Origin: Takakia lepidozioides
Lineage: Eukaryota > Plantae > Bryophyta
Assembly (NCBI GenBank): GCA_030704615.1
Contig: CM060731.1
Location: 9,362,001 to 9,426,000, forward strand
Direction: 5' to 3'
Length of the DNA stretch: 64,000 nt
A program made the position numbers and the translations under genes. The notes beneath the pieces are model-generated. The model had not been told where the DNA came from. It ran no database searches and worked only from the letters and a program-made list of their open reading frames with translations. Of this stretch, positions 54,854 through 64,000 are shown in pieces (position 1 is the first letter of the stretch; each line of letters opens with the position of its first letter).

Positions 54854-55914
54854 ACAGGTTCTACCATTCCTGCAGGTGAGGGGGAAGGGGGTTGTCGGAT
54901 GTCAGCAAGGCAACAGCGTTTGGTAAGTCTTCTTCATCTGACTCAGATGATTCAGCCAGAGAAAGTTTGGTGCAGCATCCACCTTCAAGGGAGTCCCAGA
55001 GTAATTGTGTTTCTTTTCTCTGTTAATGGGACAGACATTCCATAACTGGACTCTCAAACTGAGGAAGCAGGGAGTAGCATGGAGGCACTTTTTCATGAAG
55101 AAAATAGCTGAAGTTGACCAGGCCAAAGGAGGTGGATCTCTTGTTGGTAAACCTCTTGGTGGTAAAAGGTAATCATAGTGTCGCTGACCAAAGTACCTCC
55201 CCTGGAGTAATGCCAATAAAAACTTTGGAAAATAAGTAGAAAGCTGAGGATGTTGTCTAGACAATACTGTCCAGAGCATATGTTGAAGACCTCAGAAATG
55301 TGGGTCTCTCTCCTAGGCACATCATTTGAATCCTAATTTCATTTCTGAAAAGACTCTGATCTTGTTTAAGGGTTAGTCTGGGGCAGTGAGACTCCCATGC
55401 TGGAGGTAATTTTTTTTGTCAGGGGCAAAGCAAGCTGGGTCTAGAGTCTAGCGGGACTTTGAGAGTTGCACTAGTCCTTTGAGTATTGCTAGCATGATCC
55501 AGAGGCATTGTATCATGGTGAATGGAAAGTTCTCAAGGAAGCAAGTTTCACTCTCTGGACAAGAACATTGTGCTGGCCTTCAATTGCATCAGATTTAATT
55601 TGAATTTTGTTACGTTCTCTTCACCACATTGAACTAGTGAAGCTGGCGATAGCTGATAGCTCTTCCTTTCTTTTCAAGTCAAGGATGTTATACGAAATAT
55701 TACTCTCCCTTGTTCATGCGAAGGATTTTTAAATTAGTACTCCTGCGGCCGTTGTTCCAAACTCCAGTCGTGACCTAAGGTATACCAATTATCAGCCTTG
55801 TCCAACTATCCCCTGTGCTTTCTTGTTTCTTTGCCCTGCCTGGAGTAGGTCTGCTGGATTGCTCAAAAAACAATTCCAAGCCTACGTACTACAACACAAA
55901 ATCCTGATCCTTCG

Positions 55915-57060
55915 TCATATCAGGTGGGGAACTCCCCCTCCGGCAGCCTCATCGGATCCAATCCTCCCCACCCCCCATCCGCCCCTGCCCGCCCCCCCTT
56001 CCGCCCCCGGCCGCCCCCTCGCGAGGCCCCCGCGAGGCCTCCGCGGGCCCCTAATCGTATCAGCGACAGTCTGACATGTCAAGTCCAGAAGGTGTTTGAT
56101 GTCGAGATAGTTTGCTGCCTGTTCACATACAAGACAAACCCCAGTAAGTTCCATACTCTTGAGTAATAACACTTTGGCTATGCTCTTCAAGCGCACTTTA
56201 AGGCTAGGATTAAGAATAAGAGGGACATCACAGTTCGCCCCCCACCGTCTCAGTGCTTGACCAGAGTAGAAGAGGAAATAGAGAGGCCTGTAACTCAGTC
56301 CATCAACTCTAAGAAGATTTTCCCTTGACAGTCACTATGGGGAAGGGAGGTTTCTGGTCGGTCACTACAAACAACCAAAATGCATCGTGTAGCGGAATCT
56401 GTAAACATGACAGGGCTGACGTCACTCACAAGCCACATAGACCCATGTTCCAAACTCACAGAGCAATCTAGGGGTAAGACCTTGTCCAGTGTGCAATTCC
56501 ATAGGACTACAACTTCGGTACATAGCAACAAGGACACCAACAAAGAAACACCGGACACCGTAAAACATCTCTTCCAAGCATCCTTCATCTTCTCCGTCAC
56601 CCAGAACTTCGCTTAAACCCACTGTGTTTCACCGATAGTACCTAGAAGAACCTCTTCATACTCATGCACCATTTCCGGGTAATGTACAAAGGTGCTCTCG
56701 CGGGTCTCCGATTCACAGGTCATGTAACGTACGTTCTATGAAGTGCCTATGAAGACCCAACAGAAGAGCGCTTACCAGCATTATATCAAAGAAAGTTTCC
56801 TGATCGACCTTCACGAAGTTTTGATCCCACGCCTTGATTTCATCCTCGGGAGTGGCTGGCTTCTGATTGTCCACGTGATACTTGCAATACTCAATAACCT
56901 TGGCCAAAATCTTACTGGACACATTCGGCAGAGGGATTGGATCATCAATGCCAACGTCTTCTATCATGCACTTCACGGCCGCAGACTCACAGGCCACGGC
57001 CTCCTCCACTTCAAATATCTCATAATCCGAGCTCTTCAACTTCACCCTCCTCTCCGCCAT
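55915..57060 (-). pseudogene. SKP1: SKP1/ASK-like gene with its C-terminus replaced by GC-rich sequence
   Basis: Exon 1, 57060-56776: VKLKSSD.E.FEV...IPLPNVSSKILAKVIEYCKYH...WD..FVKVDQ.T.FDIML. Exon 2 from 56118: AANYLDIKHLLDLTCQTVADTIRG, then unrelated PRRPRGG... to the stop at 55915. Confidence 0.85.
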
Positions 57061-57400
57061 GCCAACGTTCGTTCCGCTCCTTGCAACCAAGCCGTGAATG
57101 CTCTACAACCAAACCCTAGAGCCGCGAATTGTTAACAACACCAGAGTGCAATGCACATGCGCATGCGAGCCTAGCGAGGGAGGACGGGGAGTGTGAAGCC
57201 AAAGTTTTTAGGCCAGGAATATGCTCCATTCCTTATGAGGTTCATGGGACTCTTGAGGATGCTACTTAGCATGCAGAGCAGAGCTACGCTAGACAGAGGG
57301 GATCCATCGCAGAGGCTGACAACGCCAAATCCAATCAGAGGCCTCACACTGGCAAAAGGTGACGGTGCAGAGCTAAATTTAGGCAGCGCACTAAGTATTA

Positions 57401-57514
57401 GGGAAGGGTCGATCCCAAGGCCCTTCCTGAATTTGAGAGCACCGGGCAACGAGGGCGGAGCCCGAGTTCCGGGTTCTCGAAAATTCAGGAAGGGCCGTGG
57501 GAACGACCCTTCCC
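57401..57514. repeat. ~114-bp hairpin (34-bp near-perfect inverted repeat)
   Basis: gggaagggtcgatcccaaggcccttcctgaattt (57401-57434) versus the reverse complement of 57481-57514, with 2 mismatches. Confidence 0.9.
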
Positions 57515-57515
57515 C

Positions 57516-57720
57516 AACGTGAAAAACTGGGAAAATTTTCTTTTCCGCTCCTTGCCCCGCAAATCGGGGGACCCTTCCACACGCGGAAAGTACTTCCCGC
57601 AAATTGGGGGACCTTTCCAAAAGCGGACGGTACTTCCCGTAAATAGGGGGAACCTTGCGGCCAGGGACTCGGGAGGCTCCTTGAATTACAAAGAAAAAAA
57701 TTTGCCAGTGTTTTACGTTT
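57516..57720. repeat. Second small foldback element with three internal cccg(c/t)aaat.ggggg repeats
   Basis: Imperfect terminal IRs: aacgtgaaaaactgggaaaattttc and (reverse complement) aacgtaaaacactggcaaattttttt. Confidence 0.6.
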
Positions 57721-57886
57721 CCCAACCACATCGCCTTTTCATCCATGCAGACAACAGAAGAGGATCGAGCGAAGGGAGGAATCCGTCCCTCCACAGGAGG
57801 TCGGGACTCCAATGATGCTGGGGCGGTGAGCATGGACTGAAGGTGGGTAACATTTCTATATTATATCGGGATTAGGTCATCTACAA

Positions 57887-58027
57887 GTGTATGCTGGATT
57901 GGAGGAGCATCATAAGGTCCCCTTCACCACCGAGGCAGTGGAGTCTGCTGTAAGTCTTTGGGGCCCTTACATGGCTGACCAGTTTTTGCCTGACAAGGCA
58001 ATTGATCTGTTGGATGAGGCTGGGAAT
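57887..58027 (+). pseudogene. Clp/Hsp100 ATPase (ClpB/C/D) fragment, NBD1 lid
   Basis: [40 protein letters not shown]. No other Clp exons were recognised. Confidence 0.8.
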
Positions 58028-58082
58028 ACTGGGAGGAAATCCATATTGTTCAAGCTGCCCATGAAGCCACTAGTGTCTACAC

Positions 58083-58436
58083 CAGTGTTGCAGGGCGGTT
58101 ATTTGATTTCTTACATAACCTCTGGTTCCGGTTTTCACAAAATTTTAGGATCAAAGAACCTCCGGTTCCGGTTTTTTCATTTATTTTTTATGGAAAGAAT
58201 CACCGGTTCCGGTTAATTGTAAGAACCTAAAAGAACCGGCGGTTTTCATCAAATAACCAGCGGGTCTTTGGCGGATCTTTGACGGTTTTCAAGCAAGTTA
58301 TCTCAAAACTATGTAACCGGCGGTCATGAGCCTTTGCCGGTTCTTTGTTTCTCTGAGAACCACGGTTATATATCCATATAACCTTCTTGATAACCTCCGG
58401 TGGTTTGTAGCTGAATCAAAGAACCTCCCAACACTT
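58083..58436. mobile_element. hAT-type MITE
   Basis: Perfect 8-bp TSD gtctacac (58075-58082 / 58437-58444). TIR cagtgttg / caacactt. Internal aaccgg/ccggtt repeats. Confidence 0.85.
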
Positions 58437-60166
58437 GTCTACACCAGTGTTGGACCCTATTTATAACTACCAGACTGGTATGAAGGATCTGATCCCTTAT
58501 GCATACCAGGCTAGTAAGGGTATGGTCGCAGGTATGACCTGATAGAGTATTAATGGTATCAATAGGGTAAGAGGTCTTGTAAAATGGATAGTGTATGGGT
58601 ATGGTATTGGTATTAATTTTTTTGATATTGATACTGGGGGTATATGAACATTGGTATGGTAGTTATGATACTGAGCCTTTGTTTACAGTACAATTGTCAC
58701 AACTGTCTTTCAGTTATTTTTCTGCGCAGTCATGGTAGCCAGGACTGGATTTCCACTTCCCCCGCATAGAGTCTCAGCAATTTGTCCAGCCTGCACTGCC
58801 TGATACGTCTCAAGTGCTCACTGGAGCTCATATTCATACCTTACTAATTCATATCCCTACTTATACTGAGCTCCATTGCCGCTTGCAACCCTCAATTATT
58901 TTCCAGTGTTGTTTGGACCCCCCTAATTGCTGCTTCAATTTGGACGGTGGACTCACTTTGCTATATTAGTATTAAACCATTTACAGATCAGTCTGTTTTC
59001 AATCGAGGTGATACTGAGTTGTAGTCAGCTTGATTTTTTATTTTATTTTTTAATTTAATTTTTACACCAAGATATAAAATGTATACCATGTTGTGTACAA
59101 ATCCAAGAATAGACCCATTTACAGATATAGAGACTATAGGCCGCGCCGGGAGTGTTTTTGGGGGGCCACCTCAAAAATGGGACACACAATCACCTCCCAG
59201 ACCATATCTGCCAACAAGAGTTCATCCACGGAAATGAACCTTAGGAAGTTACTTACTACATGCAAGTGGTGAGAAAATTAGGGAAAAAATGACCGTCGCA
59301 TTTGGGAGATTATAACAATTTACCATGGGGTTTTTTTCAAATTTTGAAGGAAAAATGAGGGTTGACCAAGCAAATTTGCCCTGACATTGATTTTTCCTGA
59401 GGCCCGGACCACCTCAGTCATAATTCATGCAGGGTAAAGGTGTCCTCAAGAAATTGGAGGGCCAAATTCCAAATCAATGACATGGCACCTTTGTATGCTG
59501 GACGAGACAAGATAAGACTACGTTCACCTAATGAGTTGAATGCAAGTGTGGGAGCCTTGCCGGTACGGTCGCCGAGGACGATGGCCGTTCTAGCAATGTT
59601 CCGATGGCACACTCGCTCCCCTCGATCCCCTCTCACTTGGGAGCCTGTACTGTAGATTAAAGCATTAAGAGATTGATGTTTCAAAAGAAGTGGTTAGTAG
59701 TGTGATGGCTAGATGTGATACATCATTATGGTGAGGTGCGAAGATCAATCTGTGACAGGTAAAGTAGCACATTGCGCAGCTCGCATTTGCGCTTGATTGA
59801 TATATTTTTTCATCTCCAAAATAATTCCAAGTCCAAGATACTCGCTCCGCTCCCCTGTTCCTAGTATCCGTTCCCTTGCTCCTCCTTCTTTGTTCCTAGT
59901 CCTCACTCCCTTGTTCCTGGTCCCTACTCCCCTCCTCATTCCCCTATCCCACTATGGGGGGCAGGGATCGGGGAGCGGGAACATGGGAGCAAGAATCAGA
60001 GAATGTTTGGGAACATGGTCCTGAAGGTGGGGAGCATGAGGAAGGAGCATGAGGTGTGGAGCGCTTCCCACCTTCTTCATACGGGATGTGATTTGATTAG
60101 CAATCTGCGAGAGCATGGGGCTATGGTCAGGGGCCCCACCACCTCAAACGCTTGCCTAAAATTCTA

Positions 60167-62502
60167 CTAGGGTAGCGTACGCCGTTGGCCCAATGTCCAA
60201 TGTCATCTAAGCCCAAGTACGTCTCCTATGTCGAGGCCCAAGTGCAACCTCTAGGCCCTATGGTAGCCTGTGTCCTTGGCCCAAGTGTCCAATGTCATCT
60301 AGGTCAGCCAGCATGTAGCCCAATGGTAATGGGCACATACCACGTTGGATGTGGTTGCGGGTTCAAACCATGGTCTGGTGTGTCATGAAGGTGTCCACCT
60401 TTCAATTGGAGGACAGTAGCCCTTGTGGTGAAGTGACACCATAAGTTACGCTCCCTTCGGGAGGCGTCATACTTTTTTTTTTAATCATTTTTTCTCCACA
60501 AAGCTACGACCAGATTTGAACCGGAGACCTTTTCCTTGATATCTCTTTTGTCGAGGCTCCAACCATTGTCCCAGGAATGCCCACTTTGCTATTTTCCGTT
60601 AATTTCCAGCAACCAAAAGTACCTGAAATTCCACATCTCCCACACCGCAGGTCCAAAAATTATGAGACCAAGCCCGTGCACCCCTCCTCGTCGAGGGCTT
60701 TCCAATGGTACCAAGCAGTTTGGGACATCTCAACGTGACAAAACAAAACAAAACAAACGTCTCGCTTTATATATTGACTAGGGTAGCTTGTGCCATTGGT
60801 CCAAGTGTCCAGTGTCATCTAAGCCCAAGGGTCCACTCTCATCTAAGCCCAAGTGTAAGATCTTCTATGTATCCAAGTGCGTCCTTTATGTCGAGGCCCA
60901 AGTGCATCCTCTAGGGTAGCATGTGCCTTTGGCCCATGTGTGTGAAAAATTGAAATCTAAGACCAAGTACAATTTCATATGTATAGGGTAGCCTGTGCCG
61001 TTGGCCCAAGTGTCCAGTGTCGTCTAAGTCCAAGTGCATCAATATATGAAGCAAGCCATAACTGATCATTTTTTTTTCCCACAGAGCCTACGACCAGATT
61101 TGAACCGGAGACCTTTCCCTTGATATCTCTCATGGTTGAGGCTCCAATCATTGTGCAACGACCAAAAGTACTTGAAATTCGTGTTAGCCATATCTCATCG
61201 TTTTTTTCCACAAAGCCTATGACCAGATTTGAACCGGAGACCTTTTCCTTGATATGTTTCCTGCCTGTCGAGGGTCCCACCATTGTTCCGGAATGCCCAC
61301 TTTGCCATTTTCATGAATTTCCAGAGACCAGAAGTACTTGAAATTCCATATCTCCCACGCCGCAGGTCCAAAAGTCATGAGACCAAGCCGATGTGCCTCT
61401 CCTCCTCGAGGGCTTTCCAACGGTACCAGGCACCAGCGCCAAGGCCTCGCGGTTTGGGACATCTCAACGCTACAAAACAAAACAAAACAAAACAAACAAA
61501 CTGACGTCCTTCATATATTGACTAGGGTAGCATGTGCCGTTGGCCTTAGTGTCCAATGTCATCTATGTTCAAGTGCAATCCCCTATGTATCCAGAGCCCC
61601 CACCGTTTGGGAGATCTAAGGGTAGCATGTGCCATTGGCCCATGTGTGAAGAATTGAAATCTAAGCCCAAGTGCAATTTCCTATGTATCCATGTGCATTT
61701 CCCATGTAAAGGCCCAAGTGTGACCTCCAGTGTCCAATGTCATCTAAGTCCAAGTGCAATCCCCTATGTAACAAAATACGTCTCCTATGTCGAGGCCCAA
61801 ATACGACCTCTAGGGTAGCTTGTGTCGTTGGCCCAAGTAACCACTGTCATCTAAGCCCAAGTGAAAGATCTTCTATGTATCCCAGTGCGTCTCCTATGTT
61901 GAGGCCCAAATGCGACTTCTAGTGTAGCCTAGATGTCGTCAGCTCATGTGTGACGAATTGAAATCTAAGACCAAGTGCAATTTCCTATGTATCTACGTGT
62001 GTCTCCTATGTCGAGGCCCATCTAAGCCCATGAAGTGCAATCTTCTATTCATGTATCCAAATGCATCTCCCATGTAGAGGCCCAAGTGTCTAGTGGATCA
62101 TCTTAACGCAAGCTTCTAGGGTGGCCTGTGACGTTGGCCCAAATGTCCAATGTCATCTAGGTCATCTAAGTCTAATCATTTTTTTCCATAGAGCCTACGA
62201 CCAGATTTGAGCCGGAGACCTTTCCCTTCATATCTCTCCCGTCGAGGCTCCAACCATAGTCCCGGGAATGCCCACTTTGCCATTTTTGCTATTTTTTTGT
62301 GAATTTCCAGCGACCAAAAATACTTGGAATTCCGTATCTCCCACACTGCATGTCCAAAAATCATGAGACCAAGCCCGTGCACCCCTCCTCGTCGAGGGCT
62401 TTCCAACGGTACCAAGCACGAGGGCTAGGGCCTCGCGGTTTGGGACATCTCAACGTGACAAAACAAAACAAAACAAAACAAACGTCTCGCTTCATAGATT
62501 GA
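60167..62502 (-). mobile_element. Head-to-tail array of three non-autonomous Helitron units
   Basis: On the minus strand each unit starts TCAAT(A/C)TAT and ends with an imperfect hairpin plus CTAG. CTAG|TC junctions lie at 60777/60778 and 61521/61522. The outer flanks are A|TC (62503/62502) and CTAG|T (60167/60166). Confidence 0.8.
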
Positions 62503-63352
62503 TGCCAATGGGGTGCTTTATAAGCGGCATGAGCTACCGGCCTTTCTTCCGCTTGAGCGGAGGTCTCTGCGGCCCTAACAGCTGCTACATGGGGTACTTG
62601 ATAAGCGGCGTGAGCATGTAGCCTTTCTTCCCTCTCATCCGCAGCTCTTGCTCTAGCAGCACGTTGTCGTGCTCGTGTACGTTCTGTACGTAAACTAATA
62701 CTGCCACGACGTCTAGGAGACATGCTTCTTTGTAGATGAAGGAGAAAACTATTGGATGAATATGAAAGAAAATAATGACACCCATCCTCATTTGTGAGGG
62801 GTTTACATATTTTTAGCTTGTTGGTACCTTTTCGAACAAACCTTTTGAGATGTGAACGAAGCAACTACAAATCAAAAGAAACAAACAAACAACCTTGCTT
62901 CATATATCAATAATAGACTAAATTCATGGAAAAATAAATAAATTGGTTTTTTCAATACATAAAGCAAGGTAGTTTGTTTGTTTGTTTTGGTTTCCATGAC
63001 TTTAATGAGTAGTAACATATCCAATCATTGTTCGAGGAAAGCCCATTTTGCTATTTTTTTCCAAATTTCCAATGACCAAAATTATATTCGATCAATATGA
63101 AGCAAGGTAGTTTGTTTGTTTATTTTGTTTTGTTTTGTTTTGGTTTCCATGCTTCATATACTGAAAAGACCAATCTACTTCTTTCCATGAATTTAGTGAA
63201 TAGTAGTAAAAATAGTAATATATCCAATCATTGTCCCAAGAAAGCCCACTTTGCTATTTTTCACGAATTTCTAGCGACCCAAAGTACTTGAAATTCCATA
63301 TCTCCCACACCGCGGGTCCAAAAATCATGAGACCAAGCCGGTGCATCCCTCC
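62503..63352. mobile_element. Further Helitron-related fragments, including a RepHel-N-terminus-like Arg/Ala/Glu-rich ORF remnant
   Basis: Minus-strand RARQRAARARAADEREERL...RAAETSAQAEER. Extra tcaata...aagcaagg 5'-end-like motifs occur in both orientations, and there is a fourth copy of the core repeat at ~63225-63352. Confidence 0.55.
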
Positions 63353-64000
63353 GGGGAGTGCTATTCTGTGAGCCCAGAGGCGTGAGCCTGTGAGCCCAGG
63401 AAACCATGAGCCCAGCACAGGCTCACGCCACGTCAGCATGCATACAGGGCCTATTTCTACAGGTGTCACCTATTACCGCGGGTTGATCAGCCATTTCCAG
63501 GGAATGCAGACTGGATGTGTTACATCCATTGTATCCATCCTTTCTCTCCATTGCATCTATGTAGACGTTATCAACATACCAAGCCCCTGCATTGGAATGT
63601 GCCTACGTCGTGAGTAGGTGCACACTCACATCATCCAAAGCGGATCCCTGCGAAATCTTTTCTTACTCACCACCCTTGCGAACATGCCAGGTATGTGCGG
63701 GAGCATCATGGATGCTCACCAGAATTGAGAATGCCTGAACGCTCTTTGATCACGTGGACTTTATCATGACGGATTTACCAAGCATTCTTCTAGCATGAAT
63801 GGTTTGGAGACCAACGAGCAAATGATGCGAGAATGCTCTACCCGAACCAAAGATGTTTGTTTGTTTTTGCAATGCACACAAGCCTGTGAGCTCCGTAAAA
63901 CACTAAATAGATTAAGGAACAATCCGGGCAGTCCATGCAACCCCCATCTCCAAAGATAGTTTGTTCCCATGAATTTGCATCCCACGCACACATTGCAAAC
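63353..64000. mobile_element. Start of another element with gtgagc subterminal repeats, inserted into the Helitron core repeat
   Basis: The core repeat breaks off at ...gcatccctcc, followed by gggagtgctattctgtgagccc...cgtgagcctgtgagccc...agggcctatt. This resembles the end of the SWIM element at 37681-37840. Confidence 0.45.

Noticed and set aside
59139-59412. Possible MITE with GC-rich ends
   Set aside because: The terminal inverted match is too weak and no TSD was found.
60167-63352. Repeat-spacer-like pattern (CRISPR or satellite)
   Set aside because: Explained by Helitron termini (TC...hairpin-CTAG) and internal duplications.

Overview
Eukaryotic nuclear DNA from a land plant, most likely a non-seed plant (bryophyte/lycophyte/fern grade). 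This is inferred from gene content and PPR style; the species cannot be determined from the sequence. The left 16 kb is gene-dense and has two head-to-head pairs of spliced genes: succinyl-CoA ligase beta / PRMT6, and a truncated Moco-sulfurase-like PLP-fold protein / an apparently intact 394-aa indoleamine 2,3-dioxygenase (IDO), an enzyme not expected in flowering plants. From 17 to 39 kb is a nested transposon island with a 500-N gap. It holds a degenerate Ty3/gypsy element with extra ORFs, a CACTA transposase remnant next to a SET-domain remnant, a ~2-kb LTR-LTR palindrome, SWIM-finger elements and a PPR pseudogene. At 40-44 kb is an intron-rich TSPO gene with a LINE insertion. At 45-54 kb is a tandem array of PLS-class PPR editing-factor genes. 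Their small upstream exons, missed by the ORF track, encode an OSB/PTAC9-type PDF ssDNA-binding motif spliced in frame to the PPR-(E/DYW) body; this is the most striking system in the window. The right end holds gene fragments (DGK, SKP1, Clp), hAT-type MITEs and a head-to-tail Helitron array. All family assignments are from motif recognition by eye, not database searches.
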